Virus record (IMG/VR): IMGVR_UViG_3300042445_000578
Span: 1-57,503 of that record
DNA length: 57,503 nucleotides
Origin: a virus
Lineage: Duplodnaviria > Caudoviricetes
Strand: one strand, 5' to 3'
The notes under the pieces: model-generated
Database searches by the model: none
What the model saw: the letters and a program-made list of their open reading frames with translations, nothing else
What the model was told of the DNA's origin: nothing
Program-made: the position numbers and the translations under genes
In this document: one piece after another, positions 1-9,895 of the stretch
Layout of the letters: every line of letters begins with the position of its first letter
How positions within the stretch are numbered: position 1 is the stretch's first letter

Positions 1-2489
1 TCCATTTCTCTTGGAGCTTCAGCTGGCTTGGCTTCTTCAGCAATCTTAGCCTGTTCTGCTTGTCTTTCCTTCTCACTATCCTCTCTACGCTTCATCATCT
101 CTGCGTATTGCTCAGGCTTGTTGTATTTAGACCATAACTCGTCTAGCTTGAGGGTAGAGAATAAACGCTGATCGTTGGCTTCATTTTCAATATAGCCTTC
201 AGCATTAGCACGGTCAAACATAGGTTTGCCGTACTTGGCGATGAACTGATTAGCTGTTCCTTTAGTCTTCTTGATGGCTTCAATAGCATCAAGCATCTTC
301 TTCTCAGCTACATCTTCTTTGCTTGGCTTGGCAGCTTCTGTTTCATAAGACTTAATTAAATCCTGTAACTGTTTTACTTGTTTTTTAGCATCTTTTTGCC
401 CATCTGGGCCAGCCTCACCAATCAGGGCATCATTATTTGCATGACCTCCTTCATAGAATGTGCCAAGAAGATACTTAGCCTCATCCACAAGATCTTGATC
501 TGTAAAGTCAGTGATAGCCTTTTTCTCATCTGTACTAATGTTTTCTAATGTCTGTGAAAGCTCATAAATATCCAAAGCTTTCTTTAGTACAGGGCGTTCT
601 GCAAGAGCCTTCTTAACTGCTTGGCGTTCTTGGTTAATCTCGGCTTGAGTCTTAGGTGCTTCTACAGGTGCTTCCTCTTCAACTACCTCAGTAGCTTGTG
701 GCACAACAGGAGCTTCTTGTGGAGCTTCAAACTCTTGCTCATCAAACGCTTTAACAGTAGTAGGAACTGATGGCTCTTCCTCTGGTTTAGCTTCTTTAGG
801 CTGTCTTAGCTTTGCAAAAGAATCACGCAATGCCTGTGTCTTTTGTTGCAACTCACCACGAATCTCATCAAAGAATGGCTTGTTTTCTGGTGGAGCTTCT
901 GCTTCAGCAGCTGCGATTTCTTGCTCTACCTCAGGTGGCAAAGCCTGTTCAGCTACTGGAGCCTCGGCTTCAACCGCAGGAGCTTCTTCTACGGCTGGTG
1001 CTGCTTCTGGGTTTAGGGTATTGTAAATAGCAGAAACTGTCTCATCTGCATCTTTACTAGGGGTAATACCTAACTCTCTAGCCAGCTTGTTTACATCACG
1101 TTTATTAATAACTCCCGCTTGTTCAGCTTGAACAATTAACTGCTCAAGTCTCATTGATGCACGGGCATGTAGCTCTGGATCAATACCTTCAGGAACGGGC
1201 GGCACTACGGCAGGAGCTGTAGGTGGCACTCTAACATCCGTTAGAGTTGGATCAGGTTGTTGACCTCTTAGGCGTTCAACCGCCTTTTCACCACCAAAAG
1301 CGGCTGTTTCTAGGATACTTGTTGGACCTTCGCCAGCTGCTTCAAGGAACACTTGACCAAGCTTATTAACAGATCCCTCAGTTGCAATCTGGGCTAAGGC
1401 TTCACCACCACCGCCACTGATCATTTGGGCTGCTGGCTGGGCTACGCCAATGTTAACGGCTTCTCTTGCTACCTGACCTTTAACCACGCTCTTAGGCACA
1501 AGCATTTTGCTTGCTAGGCCAGCTGATGCTGTATCTAATGAACCAATAATAGAGGCTCTGGTTAGGGCGTGTTCATACGCCTTGGCAAACATAACAGGGT
1601 CGTTTAAGGCTTTGTTGACCGCTACTGGGTCATTGATGTTAACGCCCTTGTCTTGGAAATATTCTGTAACGCCAGATGATAGTTCTGTAGCAAAGCTTGT
1701 GCTACCCATGGCTACTGCGCCAACGGTTGGGTTACGTGTAACAGCGCCCAATACCAACGCAGGAACCATCTGTGGAGCGCTCTCTAATGAAACACTAGCC
1801 ATCACACCAAGCGGGTCTACTTGGAAGGCATCAAATATTTCTTTTGCTGTATTAAGTTTACCAATCGCCTCTACTGCTGGTCGTTTACGGTATTTACCAG
1901 ACTCTGCCTGAGCCTCCATGACTTTCTTTTGAGCTTCAGCTTGACGTGCTTGCAAGCTCTGAATTGCGGCATCAGCTTCTTCTGGTGTGAAAGGAATGAT
2001 CTCACCAGAAATGGGATCTCTTACACCACCTTGACCCTGCCTAATTTTATTGATTTCTTTTTGATAATTAGAAACATCTAATCTAGGTATGGTTCCAGCT
2101 AAATTGGCAATACCAGACATGATTGGATCTGTCTGTCGTTGTAGGAACGGTACTTCTTCCTCGTACTGGCGAGTTTTTTCTGCTAAATCGGCAAGTTTAG
2201 CTGCGTTTAACTCTTCTTCAGGGATGCGCTGTTTGATTTGACCAGCAACTTCTTCAAGGCTTGGCCCTGTGGCTGGAGCTGCTTGTTCTGCTGGAGTAAG
2301 GGTTGTGCCTTCTAAGACGCTGCCAGTTTTCTTTGGCTGCTTAATATCTGGACCTTCGCCAGATAGAAGTTGTTGCCCGAAGGATGGTTTGAATAACGAA
2401 CCGCCAAGTTCTGTAGCTAGTTTATCTAAGTCAGTTTCCTGACTAGCAGCTGAACCGCCAAGACCCTTGGCTAGTTTATCGTAATCCAT
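1..2489 (-). CDS. Large internal virion / DNA-ejection protein, N-terminal part (runs off the left edge)
   Basis: ATG at 2489 (MDYDKLAKGLGGSAASQETDLDKLATELGG...); the same frame is open at the left edge (...EAKPAEAPREM); Ala/Glu/Pro-rich; last gene of the structural operon. Not in the ORF track because truncated. Confidence 0.7.
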   Translation of the reverse strand, partial: MDYDKLAKGLGGSAASQETDLDKLATELGGSLFKPSFGQQLLSGEGPDIKQPKKTGSVLEGTTLTPAEQAAPATGPSLEEVAGQIKQRIPEEELNAAKLADLAEKTRQYEEEVPFLQRQTDPIMSGIANLAGTIPRLDVSNYQKEINKIRQGQGGVRDPISGEIIPFTPEEADAAIQSLQARQAEAQKKVMEAQAESGKYRKRPAVEAIGKLNTAKEIFDAFQVDPLGVMASVSLESAPQMVPALVLGAVTRNPTVGAVAMGSTSFATELSSGVTEYFQDKGVNINDPVAVNKALNDPVMFAKAYEHALTRASIIGSLDTASAGLASKMLVPKSVVKGQVAREAVNIGVAQPAAQMISGGGGEALAQIATEGSVNKLGQVFLEAAGEGPTSILETAAFGGEKAVERLRGQQPDPTLTDVRVPPTAPAVVPPVPEGIDPELHARASMRLEQLIVQAEQAGVINKRDVNKLARELGITPSKDADETVSAIYNTLNPEAAPAVEEAPAVEAEAPVAEQALPPEVEQEIAAAEAEAPPENKPFFDEIRGELQQKTQALRDSFAKLRQPKEAKPEEEPSVPTTVKAFDEQEFEAPQEAPVVPQATEVVEEEAPVEAPKTQAEINQERQAVKKALAERPVLKKALDIYELSQTLENISTDEKKAITDFTDQDLVDEAKYLLGTFYEGGHANNDALIGEAGPDGQKDAKKQVKQLQDLIKSYETEAAKPSKEDVAEKKMLDAIEAIKKTKGTANQFIAKYGKPMFDRANAEGYIENEANDQRLFSTLKLDELWSKYNKPEQYAEMMKRREDSEKERQAEQAKIAEEAKPAEAPREM
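1228..1247. repeat. Palindrome ACTCTAAC-atcc-GTTAGAGT (copy 1 of 4)
   Basis: Perfect 8-bp inverted repeat with 4-nt spacer; same arms at 35477, 36423 and (1 mismatch) 56146. Confidence 0.85.
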
Positions 2490-2510
2490 ATACCACCCTA
2501 AATTGTATGT

Positions 2511-4547
2511 TTATTTCAAGTTAGCTTGCCTTTTAAATTCATCGGCTGCTTCTTGTGTAGGGAAAGTATAACTCTTTCCACCAGGAACGGCTACTGTTAC
2601 AGGGCCTTTTTTTGCCCCTCCAGGTGCTGGCGGTGGTGATGGTGGAGTCACGTTCACATCCTTAAACCCAAGAAGATCTGTAAGATCTTGAGATAGCTCA
2701 CCACGGGCAATCTTACGAGCATCAATCTTTTGTTGCTCTGGATTTTCCTTGTATTTCTTATAATTAACGCCACCTGGTTTAGCAGTTTTACCTAGCTCAT
2801 CGTAAGCATTATTGAACAAGTCTTTGTAAATTGACTGCGCTCTCAAATAGTCTTGACCTTTTTTATATTGAGCTGTTGCATCACGGCTCGCAGCTGCGCC
2901 TTCCAAAGCTGCTTCACGACCATATAGCTGACCAAGAGATGTTTGCATTTGACCAGTAAGACCAGTCTGTCTAGCAAGTTTAGATTTACTAGCTTCAACA
3001 CCTTGTTGCATCAAGGCACGTTTATCAGCTGCCTCGTCTGACATTGATTTAGCATAAGTCTCTAAGCCTTTTTCACCGCCTAAACCTAAATTACTTAACG
3101 CATATGGAGATTGACCTCTTGCTGTGGCAAAGCCAGCATTAGTTAATGCCATGTACGGCGCCATCTCTCTACGCGCTTTAATATCTTGTCCAAAGGTAAG
3201 ACGTTCTGCATCTGATTCTGCAAATGGGTTTTGTGATTTCTGTGCTTCAATATCAGATTTAATTTGACCTTCTAGCCAGTTCATGTAATCAGCACGTTTC
3301 TCTTTGCTTGATCCACCTGTAGAGAAGGCAATAATGCCGCCTTCAGCAGCAAATTCAGGAACCATATCACCTGTACCAATAGCATCAATACCAGAACGAC
3401 CACCCATCATAGATACAGCCTCAGGGTTCATTTCCATACGGCGGCGAAGCATCAAAGCCTCTTCTACCATCTGCTGTTCAATAGGATTTAAGTTAGGGCT
3501 ACCCAATAATGTTTCTAGCTGGTCTGTGGTCATAGACTTAATCTCACCACCGCCTAGATAGCCAATCTGTCCACCATCTTTGTAGCCCTTTACAGAGCCG
3601 CCTTCAGCCATGCCACCAGGTCTAAAGCCACCAGACATACCGTAGATACCCAAGCCAGCCATACCCAAGCCACCCAATTGTGAAGCCACATTTGGTGGAG
3701 CTGTGTAAACCTGCTGGGCAGATTGAGACAATGGCAATCCGCGTAACATGTCTGACATGAACGCCAATTGAGTGTATGGATAGTTTTTTTGCTTGAGAAA
3801 GTCTTGGTATCCCAAATCCAAAGCTTGTTGACCTTGAGCTTGTTGAACCGCACCAACCTTCTGCTGTTCGCCCAAGATGCCCATACGCTGACCAAAACCA
3901 GTCTGACCTAGCTGACCTAATGTAGAGGCAGCCTGTAATCCTTGACCCATGCCTTGTAAACCTAAGCCAGCACCATATTGTTGAGCCTGTTGAGCAGCTT
4001 GGAAAGCGTTTTGGCTACCTTGAGCTTGAATGTTAGCTAACTGTGTGTTTAAGTTACGACCAGCTTCTGAACGCTCCAAAGCGGCACGAGAGCCACCAAA
4101 AGCACCAGAACCTACGGCACGTTGATTTAATGCACCTAAACCTTTTTGATAGTCACGGAAAGCCTCAGACTTCTGTGTGTCAACCACATTCTGCATGTAT
4201 GGTGACATGAACGCTTGAGTAGCACGGGGATCAGTAGCCATGTTCATATAGTTACTGCCAGCACTTAACGAGCCTAGACCAGCCAATGCTGCCATGCCAG
4301 AACCTGCGCCAATCTCTGGTGCAACCTGCATATTGCCTACGCCTTGGAAAGCTTGCTGTTGCATTGGAGTAAAGTCTTGAATACGCTGACCACCATAGGC
4401 TTGATATGGATTGGCATTAATATCCGTCAAAGCTTCTGACTTGCCAAGCATATTCTCCACATAGGGACGTGCGTATTCAGGTATCGAGGTGTTCGTTACC
4501 GTTTGTGAACTTGGTGCTGGTGCTGGGCTTCCGCCGCCTTTACCCAT
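2511..4547 (-). CDS. Putative internal virion (DNA-transfer) protein
   Basis: 678 aa, Gly/Gln/Ala-rich N-half, repeated x-x-x-GG motifs, position after tail genes as in podoviruses. Confidence 0.6.
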   Translation of the reverse strand: MGKGGGSPAPAPSSQTVTNTSIPEYARPYVENMLGKSEALTDINANPYQAYGGQRIQDFTPMQQQAFQGVGNMQVAPEIGAGSGMAALAGLGSLSAGSNYMNMATDPRATQAFMSPYMQNVVDTQKSEAFRDYQKGLGALNQRAVGSGAFGGSRAALERSEAGRNLNTQLANIQAQGSQNAFQAAQQAQQYGAGLGLQGMGQGLQAASTLGQLGQTGFGQRMGILGEQQKVGAVQQAQGQQALDLGYQDFLKQKNYPYTQLAFMSDMLRGLPLSQSAQQVYTAPPNVASQLGGLGMAGLGIYGMSGGFRPGGMAEGGSVKGYKDGGQIGYLGGGEIKSMTTDQLETLLGSPNLNPIEQQMVEEALMLRRRMEMNPEAVSMMGGRSGIDAIGTGDMVPEFAAEGGIIAFSTGGSSKEKRADYMNWLEGQIKSDIEAQKSQNPFAESDAERLTFGQDIKARREMAPYMALTNAGFATARGQSPYALSNLGLGGEKGLETYAKSMSDEAADKRALMQQGVEASKSKLARQTGLTGQMQTSLGQLYGREAALEGAAASRDATAQYKKGQDYLRAQSIYKDLFNNAYDELGKTAKPGGVNYKKYKENPEQQKIDARKIARGELSQDLTDLLGFKDVNVTPPSPPPAPGGAKKGPVTVAVPGGKSYTFPTQEAADEFKRQANLK

Positions 4548-4549
4548 AT

Positions 4550-4972
4550 CTATTCTCCGAGAGGTAATTCATAAGTTACCCATGTTGCCTTGTAACCGTC
4601 TTCTTTAAACACTTTAGCCCAGCCTGGTCTGCCTGTAGACTCAATACCGTCACAGCCAGATGCCGCACCGAACTTCTTTAACAAATCAAGCATTGGATCT
4701 TTCCAAAGCTTTAAATCCTCACCGCCACAGAATTGCATGGCTAGTAACTTACGTTTAGGGTAGTTAACAATGTTGGTCACCACTATCCCTTTAAATTCTC
4801 CTGATGACTCATAAGCCACCCACATCTGATAATCATGCTCTTTTACGCAGTCATAAATATCATCTGACGTATAGCGACCAAACGTATATTTGGTTGCCTT
4901 TGCTGCAAACTTCTCAACCTTATCCCAGCAGGTATCTATGTATCCATTAGGAACCATAGAAACTTCTATCAT
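4550..4972 (-). CDS. Conserved phage protein, GNAT-like fold
   Basis: 140 aa; GCDGIESTGRPGWAKV resembles acetyltransferase-like genes found between podovirus tail and ejection genes. Confidence 0.45.
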   Translation of the reverse strand: MIEVSMVPNGYIDTCWDKVEKFAAKATKYTFGRYTSDDIYDCVKEHDYQMWVAYESSGEFKGIVVTNIVNYPKRKLLAMQFCGGEDLKLWKDPMLDLLKKFGAASGCDGIESTGRPGWAKVFKEDGYKATWVTYELPLGE

Positions 4973-6690
4973 GCTGGTAGGTTCTTTCTAGCCTTGGAAT
5001 CTACGGCTACTTTACCTTTACCTACTGTCTTCTTACGATCAGCTTGGATTCTATCCATCATTTCGTATAAACGCTTTGCTCCTGCATCTGTTGAGCCATT
5101 GCCCAATTCAGATACGATACGAGCTGGAATCACAAACTCACCATCAGCTAAACGTGCTGGCTGTTTACCATTAATAGTTGCTGGGATGTCATCAGATACG
5201 CCATCGCCTGGGCCTTTAAGTAATTGACCAGCTGCATATCCACCTAAATTGCCATCTGCAATACCGCCACCATCAAAACGTTTGGTATATTTAGCACCAT
5301 AAGACTTATCTCGTCCACCTGGAGATTGCTCAAAGTAACCAGAAAGGTCTGAATCCTTATCTAACTTTTTAGTAACACCAGCACCGTACCTTGCAATACC
5401 TGATTTTTCTGGGTTTTTATAACCCATAGCCATTAACTTTAGCGCTGTGTCTTCATCTAAATTTTGGTTCATTGTTGCCAAGGCGTTCATGTTTTTTCCA
5501 TCTTGGCTGATTCCTGGAGCAAACATAAAGTCTTGAGGTTTTTGACCCATGGCTTTAGCTTGTTCGTCACCAAACATTGTGCCTTCTAAAAGACCCATGC
5601 GTTTAGCACGAGTAAAGTCTCTTAAACTATCTGGCATATCTCTTTCGAACTTCATTTGCTGCATTTGATCAAGCATTTTGTTTGTTGGCTGACCACCATT
5701 AGAGAACTGAGGAATGTCGCCACCCACAGTAGTCATAGGGGAATAACCCTCACGCATACCTTGAATTGCAGATAACCCACCAGGTGGCATAAGATTTAAG
5801 TTAGGAGGCACTTCTCCTCCGTTGGCCGCCTCATAAGTAGGCAACGCCTTATAACCTTGATCAAAATAGGTACGCTCACTGGTATCCATCGGGCTAGTCG
5901 TTCTACCAGCTAAGTCATATTGAACAGGCTGAAAGAATTGAGACTGACCTGGCTGTGGCTGTCTCATGGCTGTTGTGTATTCGTAAGGTCGGATAGTTCC
6001 CTTATCTTGAGGAACTGATACGCCTTTATTCTGCATACCACCTAGTAGTGATAATGCACCAGCACCACCAAGACCTAGGGCTAACTTCTGGTTGCCTGTC
6101 AGACCTGGTTTTACCATTGACTCTTTTGGAGGGAAATTTAGATTCTCTGGATAAACGTTATTAGCCTGCCCTGGAGAAAATCCTTCAGATGCTCCTGGCA
6201 TATCAGCCCATGTTTGTGGTGCTGCCTTAACTGATTCTAGGGCTGCGGTAGGTGTATCTACGTTAGCTGTAGGGGTTGTAGCGCCTGCACCAGATAATGC
6301 AGACATACCGCCAGATAGAACGCCAGCTGTTAAACCACTTTGCAAACCTTTGTTAATATCGCCAGTCAACAAGGCAGTAGCACCACCAGTCAATAAGCCC
6401 ATGCCTACGCCTTGAGCTAATGCACCAGTTCCTAAGCCTAAGCCTGATCCAATAGATGCACCCATAGGACCGCCAAAATACATCAATGCCGCAGTAGCAG
6501 CAATTGGTAATACGTCATCTAGGAAACCAGCTTCAGGTAAACCTGTCTTTGGGTTGATACTTAATGAACCACCTTTGGCTCTAGCAATAGCTTCTAGACC
6601 CGCAACTTCACGCGGGGTCATGTGAACCAGCATCTTGTCGTCATTACGACCTTGCTGCTGTAATAGGTTTGCTGTTGCTTGTAGGCTCAT
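4969..6690 (-). CDS. Putative internal virion protein
   Basis: 573 aa; N-terminal GRNDDKMLVHMTPREV..INPKTGLPEA and C-terminal GPGDGVSDDIPA..LADGEFVIPA motifs typical of such phage virion proteins. Confidence 0.55.
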   Translation of the reverse strand: MSLQATANLLQQQGRNDDKMLVHMTPREVAGLEAIARAKGGSLSINPKTGLPEAGFLDDVLPIAATAALMYFGGPMGASIGSGLGLGTGALAQGVGMGLLTGGATALLTGDINKGLQSGLTAGVLSGGMSALSGAGATTPTANVDTPTAALESVKAAPQTWADMPGASEGFSPGQANNVYPENLNFPPKESMVKPGLTGNQKLALGLGGAGALSLLGGMQNKGVSVPQDKGTIRPYEYTTAMRQPQPGQSQFFQPVQYDLAGRTTSPMDTSERTYFDQGYKALPTYEAANGGEVPPNLNLMPPGGLSAIQGMREGYSPMTTVGGDIPQFSNGGQPTNKMLDQMQQMKFERDMPDSLRDFTRAKRMGLLEGTMFGDEQAKAMGQKPQDFMFAPGISQDGKNMNALATMNQNLDEDTALKLMAMGYKNPEKSGIARYGAGVTKKLDKDSDLSGYFEQSPGGRDKSYGAKYTKRFDGGGIADGNLGGYAAGQLLKGPGDGVSDDIPATINGKQPARLADGEFVIPARIVSELGNGSTDAGAKRLYEMMDRIQADRKKTVGKGKVAVDSKARKNLPA

Positions 6691-6729
6691 TTATGCCTCG
6701 CTGGGTTAATTACGTTGAAGTTTATCATG

Positions 6730-7005
6730 TTAGACAGTTGTTCCGCTAGCGTTTTTCCACACTGTTCCGTTATACCAAATAGGGTACCCAAGTGTGGTGT
6801 CGTAGTACTGCTGTCCAATAACTAAAAAAGTGACTGGCCTATTTGCTGTAGTCCCAGAAGGAGGCACATTTATGCCCTGAGCAAAGTTATCTACCTGCGC
6901 AAAATAAAGACGTAAGGCATTGTTTAACTGTTCCTGATATTGAGGCTCATACTCAGCTGGTGGGGCAAGTAAGAGGTTGGGGGCCTTTGGTGGGATTAAT
7001 GCCAT
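6730..7005 (-). CDS. Hypothetical virion-associated protein
   Basis: 91 aa ORF translationally coupled to the upstream tail gene. Confidence 0.55.
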   Translation of the reverse strand: MALIPPKAPNLLLAPPAEYEPQYQEQLNNALRLYFAQVDNFAQGINVPPSGTTANRPVTFLVIGQQYYDTTLGYPIWYNGTVWKNASGTTV

Positions 7006-8909
7006 TATCTTCTTCCGTCTGGGCGAATATCAATACGAGGGGCGCCAAGCTGCCAAGTTGTACCTACGGTAGCACTTTCAATGCGGAAAGCCATCTGACG
7101 ACCACGGATACGGGTATATACCTGACCTGTGAACAGCTCTACGGGATACTGCTGAGTTCTTATAACTGTTTTGTCGTTTGGCGTTCCATAAGCTGTTCCT
7201 GCGTTAGTTCTTGGTTTAACAACCATTGTGCAACTAGGATTAGCTGCATTAGATCCAGCAAATGTTATGTCAGGTAATATGCGCCACACAAAGCCAAAGT
7301 TATGACCATCGCCAATATCAAAGTCAGATGACTGAATGTAGGCATTAATAGCCACAGCACTAGGGCCTGAAACGTCATCTACCCCATCTTCATGGTTAAG
7401 CAAGCGGCGATTATAGTCAGCAGCAATTGGGTGCTGTTGCGTTCCTGAATCAAACCATGCTGTACGACCTAATGTGCCGTAATACCAAACACGGTCTAAG
7501 TAGTTGTACACCACATAGCTATCAACGACCAATGAACTAACAGAACAATAGAACCACCATACCTCTGAATACTGTTCGTTAGAGGCTGCAAAAACCTGCC
7601 AAGACTGGTCTCTGTTTAAGTTTTGGAATACAAATGTACGCAAGCTGGATGGTAAAGTTTCCACACGACCAGAGTATGAGAAGAACTTATCGGAACCCAT
7701 CCAATAGGTAACGTTGTTAATCGTAATGGCTGCTCTTGGACTCATGATGGAAATGTTGTCCTGCAAGAGCTGGAAGCCGAATACATACGGTGGGCCTAGA
7801 TACTGCATAGAGTAAACCGCAGCATCTGTAAATACGACAATCTCTTGACGGGTATTAACCGCTTGAATGATTGATGAGCCGATAGTTAAGCGCTGTTCGC
7901 CAGACTGGTTAGTGGCTGATGGCACCCAGTCAAATGGATTTTCTTGGTCAGACCAACGAACCAACAATGGGTCAAATGGTGTATTTGGAACGGCTGGGTC
8001 ATATGGATTAGCACCAAAACAAATAACAAAACGCTGTACCGCGGATGAAATAACTTGATTGGTTGTATTTGGAACAAACTGTCCTGAATAAGACGCGGCA
8101 TTAGCAGCTGATTCTAAAGTCACTGCACGGACACTAACCCCTGTAGTGGCATCCCAGTAATAAAGCTCACCACCACGAGGCGCAAAAATAAAGTCTTCAC
8201 CAAAGTTATCTTGAGTCCACAAACGAAGCTGTGAGCCAATACCTGTTGTATAGCTAGAACTCCATGTTCCACGTGACCAAGGACCAGCACCCCAGCCTGT
8301 ACCAATGGTGTATACGTCATTACCAGACGGTAATAGATAAGTGATTGTGGTTGAGTTGCCACCATGACGAATGTCGTTGGCTGTAGCTGTTGTAGGGATG
8401 ATAACGGTGTATGCCGAGGCGTTAACAACCGACGCAACCTCATATTCGGTATTTAAAATAGTAGCAGATACGTTACCGCTAGTGTTATATAAATTAGCAG
8501 CACCTGAAAAGATAACATAGTCACCTGCCTCTGGGTTGTAAGTAGCATCCACTACTGTAACAACGTTACTCCCGTTTGAGGCAAAGAATGGACCTGATGT
8601 AGCCGTAGAAGCATTAACCGTAACATCATAAATAGGGGTAATGTCGTAGTAAGCGCCGCCTTTATTTAGATACATCTTAGAGTTTGTGCCAACCCCAATA
8701 AGGCTAACACCATCTAGTAAAGTCCAGTTATTTAAAGAACGGCAGGTACCAAGAAATTGCTCATTAGAAAAACGTGTCCAACCCCCTAGCTTTTCAGGAA
8801 AACCAGAACGAAAACGGATTTTGTCGCAATCGTACCAGCCACCCTCATTAGCGTAGTTAGTATTTTCTTTATTAACACCTGGTCGGAATACAAGTTTCTG
8901 TAACGGCAT
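7005..8909 (-). CDS. Tail tubular protein B / head-closure (P22 gp10-like) protein
   Basis: 634 aa beta-rich; VRWSDQE, YWMGSDKFF, RIRGRQMAFRI motifs; synteny. Confidence 0.65.
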   Translation of the reverse strand: MPLQKLVFRPGVNKENTNYANEGGWYDCDKIRFRSGFPEKLGGWTRFSNEQFLGTCRSLNNWTLLDGVSLIGVGTNSKMYLNKGGAYYDITPIYDVTVNASTATSGPFFASNGSNVVTVVDATYNPEAGDYVIFSGAANLYNTSGNVSATILNTEYEVASVVNASAYTVIIPTTATANDIRHGGNSTTITYLLPSGNDVYTIGTGWGAGPWSRGTWSSSYTTGIGSQLRLWTQDNFGEDFIFAPRGGELYYWDATTGVSVRAVTLESAANAASYSGQFVPNTTNQVISSAVQRFVICFGANPYDPAVPNTPFDPLLVRWSDQENPFDWVPSATNQSGEQRLTIGSSIIQAVNTRQEIVVFTDAAVYSMQYLGPPYVFGFQLLQDNISIMSPRAAITINNVTYWMGSDKFFSYSGRVETLPSSLRTFVFQNLNRDQSWQVFAASNEQYSEVWWFYCSVSSLVVDSYVVYNYLDRVWYYGTLGRTAWFDSGTQQHPIAADYNRRLLNHEDGVDDVSGPSAVAINAYIQSSDFDIGDGHNFGFVWRILPDITFAGSNAANPSCTMVVKPRTNAGTAYGTPNDKTVIRTQQYPVELFTGQVYTRIRGRQMAFRIESATVGTTWQLGAPRIDIRPDGRR

Positions 8910-8917
8910 AATTTACC

Positions 8918-9394
8918 CTAAGATTCGTACAGGGCTTTTTCACCCTTGCGGCGTTTATCTAACCCTTTTAGCACTTTACCACCAGCTTTGTTCCACTTCA
9001 AGAACTCTTCTGCGGCAGCTTCAAATTCTTTTCGGTTGTGCTTCATTCTTAGGGTACTGTTTTGCAAGTTACCAAGACCTACATTGAATGAAAAGCTAAC
9101 TAAAGCATCAAACTGACCTTGAGTCATTTCACCTGGGCATAAGCGATGAACGCCTGCTTCAAACCTGTTTAGGTCTTTCTTTAGGATATCGTTGACTTCA
9201 TCCATGCTTAGAACCCGATTCCACCCAGCAGGAATAGGAAGTGCTTTTCGGTCTTCTAACTTAACTCTAGCATGGGTAGGGTCAATAACATGGCCCACGC
9301 CACACGTCCAAAGTAAAGCGGGACACTGGTACGGGGAGGTCTTCACCCCCTCGTCATGTTTAATCATCTCAATAAGCTTTTCGCTTACGTTCAC
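8918..9394 (-). CDS. Endolysin, GH24 phage lysozyme
   Basis: HDEG..PYQCPALLWTCGVGH, QGQFDALVSFSFNVG, FLKWNKAGGKVLKGL.KRR. Confidence 0.9.
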   Translation of the reverse strand: MNVSEKLIEMIKHDEGVKTSPYQCPALLWTCGVGHVIDPTHARVKLEDRKALPIPAGWNRVLSMDEVNDILKKDLNRFEAGVHRLCPGEMTQGQFDALVSFSFNVGLGNLQNSTLRMKHNRKEFEAAAEEFLKWNKAGGKVLKGLDKRRKGEKALYES

Positions 9395-9894
9395 TTTTTA
9401 GACCATCCGCGTGATCCGAACCAGTAGCCAATAATGCCGCCTAGCATAGCCATTTCATCATCACTGAAAATCTCATCAGAAATCTTTAACAAGTCATCAA
9501 TATTTCCAATAACGCCTGGGTGCATAAACACGTAGATACCGATACCTACGTTAATCACAAACAACTCAGCCACGAACAAGTAAGTTACCATCGGGCGCAC
9601 TGTTGCTACGAATGTAGAAGCCCACGGAGCCGCCTTTTGTAGTACTTTGGCGTCATGCTCATAAGCCGCCTTAGTCATGTCTGCATCTGTCTGCATCATT
9701 ACTTGGTCAGTGCGAATCTCTTCTACCTTGGCTTGTGCTGCGTAACCTTTCTCCATCATCTGGATTTCACGCTCTGTCTGCATCTTGGCTAGGTCTAGCT
9801 CATGCGCCTTGTCAGACTTATCTTGGAAGAAACCCAATACGCTTGGCAATCCTGAGATTAACAAGCCACCTAGTGTTGAAATTAGCGATAACAT
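9391..9894 (-). CDS. Putative holin (3-TM type)
   Basis: Hydrophobic segments, VRPMVTY and IIGYWFGSR motifs, overlaps lysozyme start. Confidence 0.65.
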   Translation of the reverse strand: MLSLISTLGGLLISGLPSVLGFFQDKSDKAHELDLAKMQTEREIQMMEKGYAAQAKVEEIRTDQVMMQTDADMTKAAYEHDAKVLQKAAPWASTFVATVRPMVTYLFVAELFVINVGIGIYVFMHPGVIGNIDDLLKISDEIFSDDEMAMLGGIIGYWFGSRGWSKK

Positions 9895-9895
9895 T

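Noticed and set aside
812-2081. Plus-strand ORFs 812-1030, 1507-1911 and 1821-2081, and the many other antisense ORFs over the structural and replication arms
   Set aside because: Shadow frames opposite long, motif-bearing minus-strand genes; no RBS or recognisable domain
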